DNA of 64,000 nt, taken from the UHGV virus genome UHGV-1351333. One strand, 5' to 3'. Position 1 is the stretch's first letter. Each line of letters begins with the position of its first letter. Under the pieces are notes generated by a model, which saw only the letters and a list, made by a program, of their open reading frames with translations, was not told the DNA's origin and did no database searches. The position numbers and the translations under genes are program-made. Shown piece by piece: positions 17,919 through 27,211 of this stretch. Origin of the DNA: a virus.

Positions 17919-19307
17919 ATGAGATTTCTTCCCTCTCTTTTTAAGCGGAAAAGCCACGAGCGGCGGTTGTCCGTAGCCTGGAACAGTCTGGATTCCCGCC
18001 AACGGTCGGTTCTTATGGAGCTCGCGTCCTATCTCGGCAACGGCATTGACGGCGACCGGACAAACCTCCGGTACATCGACCTGGTGAACCACGTCCGGGT
18101 TGACCCTCTGGACAGCTACGAAAAATACATTAAGACAGGCTCCGGCCAGGTATGGGCGACATTCGTCGCCTGCAATCTGGTAGCCAACGTACTGGTTTCA
18201 ACTACGTTTCAGGTCGTCAAATCCGGCTCCGATACGCCCCTTGACGGCACAAAGCACCCTCTGGCGAAGCTAATCGCGCAGCCGAACGAGTGGGATTCCT
18301 GGGAAGATTTGATTTACCAGTGGGTATTCCACATCAAATTGACCGGCAATGCCTATTGGCTGAAAAACCAGGTTAATGGCTACGGGCAGCCCCTTGAGCT
18401 GATTCCCCTGTTGCCGCAGTACGTCAAAATTATTCCGGACCAGACTTCCAGAATCAAGGAATACCAGTACCAGGTCAATGGCCTGTGCATTACGTACTCT
18501 CCGGAGGAAATCATCCATTTCCGGAGACCTCACCCCAATTCCTTTATTCTCGGCATCGGGGATATTGAGCCGTCCAGGTCGCTGTACGAATCCTTCATTA
18601 CCGGGAATGAGCTTCAAAAACAGGTGTATTCCAACGGGGCCGTTATCAGCGGGGTATTGAGCAATGATTCTGAAATGCTCTCCCAGGAAGAGTTCGACCA
18701 TGCCGTAGAAAGTTTCCGCTCCAAGTATGAAGGGAAGAAAAACGCGGGAAAAACGGCGTTTCTCACCGGCAAGTGGTCTTACACCAGGCTTGGAATGACC
18801 AACAGCGAACTTCAAAGCCTGGAACGGGACAAAACCAGCGTCGAGCAGATATTCATCAATCATGGCGTGCCGCTCTCCGTGGCGGGCATCAAGGACGCGG
18901 CCAATTACGCTACGTCAAAACAGGACGCCATTGCATTCCGGAAACAGGCGTGCCTGCCGTTGGCGGATATTCTTGTAGGCAAGCTGAACTCGGAAAAAGG
19001 GCTGACTCCCGCTTACCGGGATAAAACCCTGAAAATCGACTACAACATGTCCGGCCTCGTGGACATCGAACAGATGGTGAAAGAGAATCAGCCGCTGTTG
19101 GAATCCGGAGCGCTCACCCCGAACGAACTCCGGGAAAAGTGCGGGCTGGCCCGGATTGACGACCCGTATCTTGACCAGTATTTTATTAAATCAAACCTGA
19201 TTCCGATGGAACTGTCCGGTATGGGCATGGGCGAATCGCTGGAAGAAAGCGCCCGAACAGTCGTAACCGGACTTGCCAAATCTAATTGCGGCGGCCATCC
19301 GCATTAA
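17919..19307 (+). CDS. portal protein (putative)
   Basis: 462 aa, immediately upstream of the MuF-type head-morphogenesis gene, as in the Mu/SPP1-like order. No sequence motif was independently recognised. Confidence 0.5.
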   Translation: MRFLPSLFKRKSHERRLSVAWNSLDSRQRSVLMELASYLGNGIDGDRTNLRYIDLVNHVRVDPLDSYEKYIKTGSGQVWATFVACNLVANVLVSTTFQVVKSGSDTPLDGTKHPLAKLIAQPNEWDSWEDLIYQWVFHIKLTGNAYWLKNQVNGYGQPLELIPLLPQYVKIIPDQTSRIKEYQYQVNGLCITYSPEEIIHFRRPHPNSFILGIGDIEPSRSLYESFITGNELQKQVYSNGAVISGVLSNDSEMLSQEEFDHAVESFRSKYEGKKNAGKTAFLTGKWSYTRLGMTNSELQSLERDKTSVEQIFINHGVPLSVAGIKDAANYATSKQDAIAFRKQACLPLADILVGKLNSEKGLTPAYRDKTLKIDYNMSGLVDIEQMVKENQPLLESGALTPNELREKCGLARIDDPYLDQYFIKSNLIPMELSGMGMGESLEESARTVVTGLAKSNCGGHPH

Positions 19308-19326
19308 ACCCGCGCGTCAGGAACCT

Positions 19327-19971
19327 ATGGATTGGGAAACGACGATAAAAATACTGCGGATGACCGTGGACTGCATTGGGCCGACTCTTACTGCCCTTGG
19401 GGCGATTGCTCTTTTTTTTAAGCGGGTGCGGAATTATCTTTATCTGGTCTTTGTCCGCAAACCGGAAGCGGAGAAGAAACTTTACGCTAAAGTAGAAGAA
19501 ATCCTGACCCGGATAGGGCGGATTGAATCCGAACTCCGCCTTAATGACGATTCTACCGTCAAGGATGCCGTAGCCCGGCTGGAAGCCTACCGGCGCTATT
19601 CCGCAACCAACTCCATGTCCCTGATTTTTGAACTCGATAAAACAGGGAACGTCGTGCTGGTTACAGACGCCTTGTGCCAACTGGTGGAAACCGTCAGGGC
19701 CGAAGACCTGAAAGGGCAAAATTGGCGGCAATTCGTCTACATCGAAGACGAACCCAGGGTGACGGCCAATTTGTGCACCGCCGTGAAAACAGGCTCGTCC
19801 ACAAGGACGAAAGTCCGCATCATCAACAGCAACAACATATCCAGAGGCGACTGGTATGTCCGGCTCAATGCCGTTACCCGGCCTGACAATTCGGTTATCA
19901 TGTATATAGGACTGCTCTACCCAGCTGATGAACTGGCTACCGGCATTTATACGGAAAACAACTGGAAATAA
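19327..19971 (+). CDS. membrane-anchored PAS-like domain protein
   Basis: N-terminal TM helix (CIGPTLTALGAIALFF). The central region MSLIFELDKTGNVVLVTDALCQLVETVRAEDLKGQNWRQFVYIEDEPRV resembles a PAS fold. ATG at 19327 follows the portal stop. Confidence 0.35.
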   Translation: MDWETTIKILRMTVDCIGPTLTALGAIALFFKRVRNYLYLVFVRKPEAEKKLYAKVEEILTRIGRIESELRLNDDSTVKDAVARLEAYRRYSATNSMSLIFELDKTGNVVLVTDALCQLVETVRAEDLKGQNWRQFVYIEDEPRVTANLCTAVKTGSSTRTKVRIINSNNISRGDWYVRLNAVTRPDNSVIMYIGLLYPADELATGIYTENNWK

Positions 19972-19991
19972 CGTTTTTCCCGTGATATTGA

Positions 19992-20013
19992 AAATTTGCA
20001 ATCATTGCAAAAA
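19992..20013. repeat. palindromic motif copy 4
   Basis: aaatttgcaatcattgcaaaaa between 19971 and 20022. Confidence 0.85.
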
Positions 20014-20021
20014 TACCCGCC

Positions 20022-22262
20022 ATGCCGCCCATACGCACCGCAACATTCAGGAAAGCTTCCCCGGCTCTGCTTTTCAAATCGTACAGACAGTCCAAAGTTC
20101 CGGAAGGCGGTTGGACGCAGGAAAACTTTTATACGGAAAACGGTGTCCGGCTGGTGCAGGACTGGGTAAAAATGAATCGTTCCGCGACAACAAAAAACGC
20201 CAGAATGCTTGCCCGGACGTTAAAAGCCCTGATTGAAAGAATACTCTACGAAATCGCCGACCGCATGGAGGACATCGCGGAGTTGTCCGAAAAAAAGCAG
20301 GTATACGCGTACCAGCGGAAGAATACCGTGTTGTCCGGGGTTTGGGGCAATGTCATCAGCGAAGTTTTGCGCGACTTCTCCGGGGACGTGCAGGAGGCCG
20401 TGCAGCCTTACATGCAAAGCACGGCGGACGACGTTGTGGACAAGGGGCGGCAGTTGCTGGGGTCGTCCGTAACCAGGACGGACACCACGACCATTACCAA
20501 TTCGGTGCGCCAGGCCGCCAGAGAGATAACCAGCGTGCCGGCCACAATCCGGGACAAAATCAACCGCATCATCCAGCGGGAATATGATAAAGGGTCCTCG
20601 GTGTTCGATACGATTGCCGCCGTGCGCCGTCAGACCCCGTCACTGGCCGCCGGCCGCATAGCCACGATTGTCCGCACCGAACTTGGGCGGGCCGCGGATA
20701 TTGCCAATATCCAGGCGGCCATGGAAGGGACCTGCACGCACATGTCGGTTATCGGGTGCGAAACCATTGAACGCACCTACACCTACCGGGGTTTGCCGAC
20801 GTGCAACATCCAAAATGTGCCAATCAACGAATGCATGAACGTCCGGTTCCATCCGAACCATACCGGCTGCTGGGTTCCGTCGGCGTTCAGGCAGTCGGAC
20901 GGCTCGGTTCCGGAGCTGGACCCCCGCAGCAATTCCGGCCACGGCACTTTTGAAACGCAGCAGGAAAACCCGGAAGGAAACAGCGCCCCGTTCCTGAATC
21001 CAAGACCGGCTCCCGGCCCGGAAATGGAAAACCCGGTAACGCTCGCTCCTACGCCGGAACCGCCTCCGGCTCCTATAGATATTCTTCCCCAGGGTTCATC
21101 ATCGCCGGTACTGCCGACCACCCCGGAAAACTGCGGGGCGCCGGTCGTAGGAAGGCCGCTTCCGTCAGGAAGGCCGCCGAAAAATGTAATTGATTTTGAC
21201 GCGCTTCCGGCATCCTACCAGGACACGGAAGAAGTGCGCCATGCCGTTGAGGTGATTCGCAGCCGCGCCAGTTCGGTAACAAGATTCGTTGCGGACGATA
21301 AGGACATTTATGACTTTTTCCGGACGGTCGGAGTTCTTCCGGACGCTATGGAATCCCTTTTGCTCCAGGACATCCCCCTTAATCTGGCGGATTCGATGGA
21401 ACTGGTTATTCGCGCCGGACGCACTTTTGACTGCATCGGCAGCGTAGGCGGAAAACAGTCATTTTTGTATCGGCGCACGATATGCGTAGATGAACAAGGC
21501 CGTCTGTACATCCACCACAACGATTTTGAAATATGGGCGGAGTACCAGGGGAACGGGTACGCGAGAAAACTGCTGCAAAACCAGATTAACTTTTACGATG
21601 CTATCGAGGCCAATTACATCACGATGGCGGCCAACATTGACGTAGGCGCTTACGCCTGGGCCAGATACGGATTTTATCTGACTGACGACGGCGCGGAGGC
21701 ATTGACAAGGCAGCTGCGGCGGGGCTGGAACCGGATAATCACTAAAGATTTGGCTCCGGCCAATCCGACGGACAAGGAAGCGTTTGACGCGTCAATAGCC
21801 CGCTTGGAGCGGATTGTTGAAAAAAACCCGATGGAACCCAAAGACCTTTGGGCTATCGCGTCCGAACACATCAAAGTACGCACCCCGGGGGGCCAGGAAC
21901 GGAAGCTGGGGTATCATGTGCTGTCCGGAACCTACTACAACGCCCGGCTGGACTTGAACGACCCGGAACAGTACGCGCGGCTGGTATCGTACATCAACCA
22001 CAATCCCACAATTAACAAAGGGCGGGAATTGTATTCCGTCGTTGACGGACGCCGCCGGGACGCGCTGCTGCACGCGGAGTTTCTTTCCAGCGTATGGGGA
22101 AACTTCCGGGCAGACTTCGCCGGGGTGGAACAGGCCATACGTTCCGGCTGCCCGGAAGACGAGGCGCTGTGGCTTTACGCGTCTCCGGAATCCGTGGCGC
22201 TTATGGCCCCGCAGTTGCCGCAAGAACTGTACACCCGTTATTTGTCATTGCTTAACCGATGA
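20022..22262 (+). CDS. MuF-like head morphogenesis protein with a ~430-aa C-terminal extension (GNAT-like motif)
   Basis: The N-terminal half (e.g. SVPATIRDKINRIIQREYDKGSSVFD...GRIATIVRTELGRAADIANIQAA) resembles Phage_Mu_F. A Pro-rich linker (PAPGPEMENPVTLAPTPEPPPAP) follows. The C-terminal domain carries WAEYQGNGYARKLL, consistent with a GNAT Q/RxxGxG/A acetyl-CoA motif. Confidence 0.65.
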   Translation: MPPIRTATFRKASPALLFKSYRQSKVPEGGWTQENFYTENGVRLVQDWVKMNRSATTKNARMLARTLKALIERILYEIADRMEDIAELSEKKQVYAYQRKNTVLSGVWGNVISEVLRDFSGDVQEAVQPYMQSTADDVVDKGRQLLGSSVTRTDTTTITNSVRQAAREITSVPATIRDKINRIIQREYDKGSSVFDTIAAVRRQTPSLAAGRIATIVRTELGRAADIANIQAAMEGTCTHMSVIGCETIERTYTYRGLPTCNIQNVPINECMNVRFHPNHTGCWVPSAFRQSDGSVPELDPRSNSGHGTFETQQENPEGNSAPFLNPRPAPGPEMENPVTLAPTPEPPPAPIDILPQGSSSPVLPTTPENCGAPVVGRPLPSGRPPKNVIDFDALPASYQDTEEVRHAVEVIRSRASSVTRFVADDKDIYDFFRTVGVLPDAMESLLLQDIPLNLADSMELVIRAGRTFDCIGSVGGKQSFLYRRTICVDEQGRLYIHHNDFEIWAEYQGNGYARKLLQNQINFYDAIEANYITMAANIDVGAYAWARYGFYLTDDGAEALTRQLRRGWNRIITKDLAPANPTDKEAFDASIARLERIVEKNPMEPKDLWAIASEHIKVRTPGGQERKLGYHVLSGTYYNARLDLNDPEQYARLVSYINHNPTINKGRELYSVVDGRRRDALLHAEFLSSVWGNFRADFAGVEQAIRSGCPEDEALWLYASPESVALMAPQLPQELYTRYLSLLNR

Positions 22263-22975
22263 ACTTTGTCTGGCTTAACAACCAATTCGGCAACCAGCTA
22301 TGGCAGATTGCCGTCGCGACGTTTTTTTTTGGCCGGGGAAACTTCGCCGCAATAACTTCCTATGCCGTGCCGCTGAAAGGAATCGGTTTCCATGCGTTCC
22401 TGCATGTGCCCTGCTTCCCGTTCAACCGGGAGACGAGCGCCTTAGCGCCGCAAACGGTTTACGTCAAAAGAGGAACGCCCCTGCCTCCCGGCACGAACTC
22501 TATCATTGACGGGCAGTTGCAGGACGTAGCCTGGCTGCGCGGATTGAATATCCAGCAACTATTGACGTTTGACGGCATCGATAACGATTTTCGCATTGTC
22601 CATGTCCGGGGCGGCGATTACTTTACCAGCAAATCGCACAAGCCCTACGTCAAAAACCGAGACTGGTATCTTAAAGCCATTGCCGCTGTTCCTGATATGC
22701 GGAAGCATCAGGACAAAATAATCCTGTGCACGAATGATGGAAAATATGCGAAAAAAATCCTTCCTGAATTTCCTATACTGGACGTGCCGCCCTTGACTGC
22801 GTTCCGCCTGATGATGGGTTGCCGCTCCCTGGTAATATCCGCGTCGTCCTTTAGCTGGTGGGCCGGGTATCTAAATCCGTCAGCGCAGATTGCCGCCCCT
22901 TCCCGGTGGTGCGGCGCCGGAGAGGATTCGGCGAAATATTACGGACATAGCCGCTTGATGTTCATACCTGATTAA
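22259..22975 (+). CDS. glycosyltransferase, GT11-like (alpha-1,2-fucosyltransferase family)
   Basis: N-terminal FGNQLWQIA (GT11 motif GNQmFqyA) and IVHVRGGDY (GT11 motif H(V/I)RRGDY). Confidence 0.55.
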   Translation: MNFVWLNNQFGNQLWQIAVATFFFGRGNFAAITSYAVPLKGIGFHAFLHVPCFPFNRETSALAPQTVYVKRGTPLPPGTNSIIDGQLQDVAWLRGLNIQQLLTFDGIDNDFRIVHVRGGDYFTSKSHKPYVKNRDWYLKAIAAVPDMRKHQDKIILCTNDGKYAKKILPEFPILDVPPLTAFRLMMGCRSLVISASSFSWWAGYLNPSAQIAAPSRWCGAGEDSAKYYGHSRLMFIPD

Positions 22976-22989
22976 CCCGGCAGACCGGC

Positions 22990-23011
22990 AAATTTGCAAT
23001 CATTGCAAATT
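22990..23011. repeat. palindromic motif copy 5
   Basis: aaatttgcaatcattgcaaatt after 22975. Confidence 0.85.
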
Positions 23012-23188
23012 CGTTTGTATAGACCGAAAATGATTATATAGACCTTTTCCTTATTTTCGTTTTTCGTCATTTGCCCTATGGTCGGATAGTTCCCTCCCGC
23101 GAGGGCCGGGAACCCTGAAAACTTCCTGTGGTTTTCAGGAGCATCACAATTAAGCAGGACAAAAACCAAATAGAAAGACAGCACAAAA

Positions 23189-24106
23189 ATGTACGGCACC
23201 AGCCCTATGTTTACCATGCCCGTGTCCTCCGTGGATTCCGGGCGCAGCAATGATAACTACGGAAATTGGAACAATCCGTTTGTGTACCTCGTCTGGATGT
23301 GGGCGTTCTCCATGTTCGGCGGCAATGGCCTGTGGGGCAACAGGAACGGAGCGGGAACCGTAGAAACCCAAGCGATTACCGCGTCTCAGGTCGATGACAT
23401 CAGGGCGCAGGTAGCCGCTATCCGTCAAGGGATTGAATGCGGCGACGCAAATATCATGCGGGCCGTTGACCAGCTCGCCGATACCGCACGCGCCAACCAG
23501 ATTAAAATTGACGGAGGCTTTACGTCCGTCAACCAGAACCTGTGCTCCGGCTTCGGCTCCGTCAACTCCAACATCTGCGACGCTAAGACGGCCGTTCTTG
23601 GCGCCCTCTGCAACATCGAGCACAATCTCGCCATGCAGGGATGCCAGTTCGCCAACCAGATGCAGCAGTGCTGCTGCGAACTCAAGACCGCTATCGGCGA
23701 TGTCGGATGCGGCGTAGAAAAAGGCCTCCTGAATCAGACGATTCAGCTCAACCAGGGACTGTGCGGCGTCAACCAGAACATTCAGCAGACCGGCGCGCAA
23801 ATTGCCAATGGCATTTCCAACCTCGGATTTACCATTCAGCAGCAGTTCTGCAACACGAACAGCCTGATTGAGGCGAACACGAGAGCCGTGCAGGCGGAAG
23901 GCGCCATGACCCGCCAGCTGCTGGTTGACCAGGTGAAGGACGCCGAAATCTCCCGGCTTCGCGGCATCGTCGCTGAAAACAGCCAGCAAAGGCAGACTAC
24001 GGAACTGTTTGCCGCCCAGCAGGCCCAGACGGCTACTCTGCTGCCCCTGTTGCAGCAGATTATCAACAACACGACGAAAACCACCAGCCCCGCGACAGCT
24101 GCCTAA
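23189..24106 (+). CDS. hypothetical Gln/Asn/Cys-rich protein (likely virion-associated)
   Basis: 305 aa with an N-terminal hydrophobic segment. Repeated N/Q-rich units each contain Cys (e.g. VNQNLCSGFGSVNSNICD, NQGLCGVNQNIQQTG). Confidence 0.45.
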   Translation: MYGTSPMFTMPVSSVDSGRSNDNYGNWNNPFVYLVWMWAFSMFGGNGLWGNRNGAGTVETQAITASQVDDIRAQVAAIRQGIECGDANIMRAVDQLADTARANQIKIDGGFTSVNQNLCSGFGSVNSNICDAKTAVLGALCNIEHNLAMQGCQFANQMQQCCCELKTAIGDVGCGVEKGLLNQTIQLNQGLCGVNQNIQQTGAQIANGISNLGFTIQQQFCNTNSLIEANTRAVQAEGAMTRQLLVDQVKDAEISRLRGIVAENSQQRQTTELFAAQQAQTATLLPLLQQIINNTTKTTSPATAA

Positions 24107-24198
24107 TCGTCAATTCAGGCTTCCCGCCTTTTACCGGGCGGGGGCCTTTTTGAATCCTGGGGCGGCAACGCCCCGAAACACCAATCCAGAAAGGAGAA

Positions 24199-24849
24199 TT
24201 GACGATAATGTTCGGAAATATGATGCCCGGAATGCCGGGCGCAAATCCCGCCGCAGGAGGCATGGGCATGCCTCCCATGTTTCCAGGCATGCCGGGTATG
24301 GGTTCCGCCATGCCGACCCAAGCGGAGGTGCAGGCTCAAATTGAGCAGCATATCCAGGAGGCGATGGTCCGAATGCTCGAAGAACCGACCGCGGAAGTAG
24401 AAGCCGCCATATTGAAGGCGTGCAAAAAGCTGCTCCGCAAACACGGCTTCCTGGAATCGGACGCGATACGCAATAAGCACCGACGCGAGGAATCGGACAA
24501 GGAGGAACATGCCCATGACCCGTTTTCCGCGAACAGCGAAGAGACGGAAGACGAGGACCGCTGCCATGCCTGGGGCGAAAACCCCATGGGGCGGTTGTTC
24601 CTGCTCGTCGATGAATTGCAGGAACTGGCCTACAAGGGCCACGGGCCGCAGGTCATCGAAAAACGCTTCCGGGAAGCATGCTCGGACGAAGTATGCGATG
24701 AAGAACTTAAAGTCATGGGCCGTCTGGTCCTGGCTGACGGGTTCCGAAAGCATGCGTCGGCCCTCGGAATGACCAAAGAAGCCTTCAAAAAGCATCTTGC
24801 GTCCATTGCCGACAAAATCAAACGCAACGACACGGACGACGAAGACTGA
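24199..24849 (+). CDS. hypothetical protein with Met/Pro/Gly-rich N-terminus
   Basis: MFGNMMPGMPGANPAAGGMGMPPMFPGMPGMGSAMP followed by an acidic helical region. Confidence 0.45.
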   Translation: MTIMFGNMMPGMPGANPAAGGMGMPPMFPGMPGMGSAMPTQAEVQAQIEQHIQEAMVRMLEEPTAEVEAAILKACKKLLRKHGFLESDAIRNKHRREESDKEEHAHDPFSANSEETEDEDRCHAWGENPMGRLFLLVDELQELAYKGHGPQVIEKRFREACSDEVCDEELKVMGRLVLADGFRKHASALGMTKEAFKKHLASIADKIKRNDTDDED

Positions 24850-24876
24850 CGGCTTTTTATATTGGTTATTGCGAGG

Positions 24877-24919
24877 TTGCGGGCTTGATTGGCTGAACGC
24901 CGTCAGGCCCGCAATTTTA
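24877..24919 (+). terminator. candidate terminator (long-loop hairpin + T-run)
   Basis: ttgcgggc ... gcccgcaa stem with a structured 22-nt loop, then TTTTATT. Confidence 0.35.
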
Positions 24920-24935
24920 TTGACTTGACCCCACT

Positions 24936-25406
24936 TTGTGCTATCCCGGAATTATGACTGGTATCACTATTTGCAATACAACCGCCATTGCCGCACTATG
25001 CGGCTCTCTGGCTATGTGCGTTTCGTCCTGCTCTCAAGTATGGGACGCTACGGCCCAGCGGCAGGCGAAAGAAGCCGCCATTTCCATTACCGTATCATCC
25101 AGGGTGCGCAATGACCCGAACCCCCCGCAGCGTGAAATCGCATATAAAACCGTAGCGGCGGTATTGAGCGAATACATTGATTCCGGGAATACCGATTCCG
25201 CTACGCTGAAATCCGGCATTTATTCTGCGCTGGATAAAGTGTTTTCCGCTAAACTGGCCGATAAAATCACCGGAGAAATCATGGATATGATTACCGACCT
25301 GGCCGGTTCCGCTACAGACCAGGACAAACTGCTCGCCGCGGAAAAGCTGGTGCTGGACAGCATCAAAGCGGGGCTTGACATGTCTGAAACGGTCGTAGTA
25401 CAGTAA
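24936..25406 (+). CDS. putative lipoprotein
   Basis: Hydrophobic N-terminus ending in a lipobox-like AMCVSSCSQ. Confidence 0.4.
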   Translation: MCYPGIMTGITICNTTAIAALCGSLAMCVSSCSQVWDATAQRQAKEAAISITVSSRVRNDPNPPQREIAYKTVAAVLSEYIDSGNTDSATLKSGIYSALDKVFSAKLADKITGEIMDMITDLAGSATDQDKLLAAEKLVLDSIKAGLDMSETVVVQ

Positions 25407-25464
25407 AGGCCGTCCTGATAACCACACAGGATTAAAAGCCCAGTTGGATCATGAGAGAGATGGC

Positions 25465-25514
25465 AGCCTGTCAGGGGAGTGGCGTGTAAAATCTCCTGAC
25501 AGGTTGCTTTTTTC
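25465..25514 (+). terminator. rho-independent terminator
   Basis: cctgtcagg ... cctgacagg 9-bp stem followed by ttgcTTTTTTctt. Confidence 0.55.
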
Positions 25515-25552
25515 TTGTTGACCTTCCTGTTTCCGCCTCGCAATATGCCGCT

Positions 25553-26368
25553 ATGCCGTTTGTTCGTGTTGTAAAAAAAGTTCCGGCTCATTTGGCGCCC
25601 ATGATGGCGAAAGCGAATAATCCGCTAACCGGGAAAGTCGTTTTCTGGAAAACCCCGGAAGGTAAAACGCTGGCGGGAAAAGTAGCCTCTGTTCACGGCA
25701 ATACGGCTTCCGTGCAGTTGGCCGCCCCTTACGGGAGAAAAGAACTCATGCTCTCGGATTCCACAGTTTCCGTTCCTGCGGATTTGCTGGGAACTGTTGA
25801 CTTGCCCGTGCGTTCCGGAACCGCCAAGGCATGGGAGCAATCCTCATTTTTCAAAAAGTTTATCGCCGTCGTAGAAAAGGACGAGGGCAGCGACCGTGTC
25901 AAAGACTACCTGGACGTTGCCATTGAGGGCTACGGCTCCACGTTTGAAAACTTTACCAAAGCCGACCGCGCCGGAGACTCCATTCTTCCTTCCGCCTTTG
26001 ACCAGACCCTGGACGATTTTCGGCGCAATCCGGTCATGCTCCGGGACCACTGGATGGACACCGACCACACGATAGGCAAATGGACTGTCGTAGAGACTGA
26101 CGCCAAGGGCCTGCACATGGTGGGAGTGCTCTCCAACGCCGACGACGTGCGGGACATCAGATTCAAAATCGCCGAAGGCATTTTGACCACCTTGTCCATT
26201 GGCGGCCTCTTCCTTTATCAGGACGATAATTCCACCATTGAAAAGATTTACCTGTACGAAACGTCTGTGGTAGTCGTGCCGTGCAACCCGGACGCGACAT
26301 TCACCGTGCGCTCGCTGGATATTGACACTGTTACCAAGGCATTCGATTTCAGGCGGTTTTTTTCGTAA
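25553..26368 (+). CDS. prohead protease (putative, HK97 family)
   Basis: 271 aa, positioned between portal/MuF and scaffold/capsid. Assignment is mainly by gene order. Confidence 0.45.
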   Translation: MPFVRVVKKVPAHLAPMMAKANNPLTGKVVFWKTPEGKTLAGKVASVHGNTASVQLAAPYGRKELMLSDSTVSVPADLLGTVDLPVRSGTAKAWEQSSFFKKFIAVVEKDEGSDRVKDYLDVAIEGYGSTFENFTKADRAGDSILPSAFDQTLDDFRRNPVMLRDHWMDTDHTIGKWTVVETDAKGLHMVGVLSNADDVRDIRFKIAEGILTTLSIGGLFLYQDDNSTIEKIYLYETSVVVVPCNPDATFTVRSLDIDTVTKAFDFRRFFS

Positions 26369-26585
26369 ACAGTTTTCTTGCTCCGGATAGTCTGCCGGAA
26401 TGTGAGGATAAACAAGGGAAACGCAGAGGGCCGGAACGCCGGGAGGCGCCCCGCAACCCTTCACATGCGCTTGCCTCGTAATAACAGGAATATTGACGGG
26501 ATGTACCCGCCCCCTGTTCCGTTTCGCCGGTTCGGGGGCGGGTTTTCCTTTACTGGATTTGCCCGCGCCGATATTATGGCGCGGT

Positions 26586-27035
26586 ATGATTGATAAAACC
26601 CAAACCAGAAAAGACCCGCAGGCATTCACACGCGCTATCGATTCCATGCACGATGCGCTGGAAACAGCCACCAGAAGTTTACGCCGGGGAGCGCAGGCAT
26701 TCCGGTTTTCCGACCCCAAAGGGAACTACCCCCGCATTGATGACCTTTCTGACGCCGAACGGTCGGAGTTTCAGGAGAAGCTTGCGGCCGTATCAGACGC
26801 CTTGCAGGATTTATACGCCTTTTTCGGCTTTCCGGAAGACGTGCCTCCGGTAAAAAACGTCCTGCACCATATTTTGGTTAAAACGCCTGTTACTGTCACT
26901 ATACCGAAAGTGATGGAACCCGTGCCCTGCGCCAAGCCGCCGACTCAGGCTCAGGCGTCGTGCCCGCTGGCAATCGCCACCCAGGACGAACAGGATAAAC
27001 AACACATGGAGATTATTAAAATAAAGGTGGACTAA
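26586..27035 (+). CDS. hypothetical head protein (scaffold or decoration candidate)
   Basis: ATG 26586 in ORF-track frame 26493..27035. Lies between the protease and the capsid gene. Confidence 0.35.
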   Translation: MIDKTQTRKDPQAFTRAIDSMHDALETATRSLRRGAQAFRFSDPKGNYPRIDDLSDAERSEFQEKLAAVSDALQDLYAFFGFPEDVPPVKNVLHHILVKTPVTVTIPKVMEPVPCAKPPTQAQASCPLAIATQDEQDKQHMEIIKIKVD

Positions 27036-27058
27036 AAATTTGCAATCATTGCAAATTT
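27035..27058. repeat. palindromic motif copy 6
   Basis: aaatttgcaatcattgcaaatttt directly after the stop at 27035. Confidence 0.85.
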
Positions 27059-27211
27059 TATTGACACCATATCGTCCCCTTGTTAATCGGACGTTAAGCA
27101 CATGCGTATTTTTTACAAGCAGCGCGTTCCGAAATCCGCGAAAGTACGGCGGCTGACTGTGAGAATAATTGCAGCATTTTCGCTTAACAGTCTAACCGCT
27201 ACAAAAAAACA

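Noticed and set aside
17250-18092. 280-aa minus-strand ORF overlapping the GT2 gene and the start of the portal gene
   Set aside because: Antisense shadow ORF. The + strand genes carry recognisable GT2 motifs and follow the operon structure.
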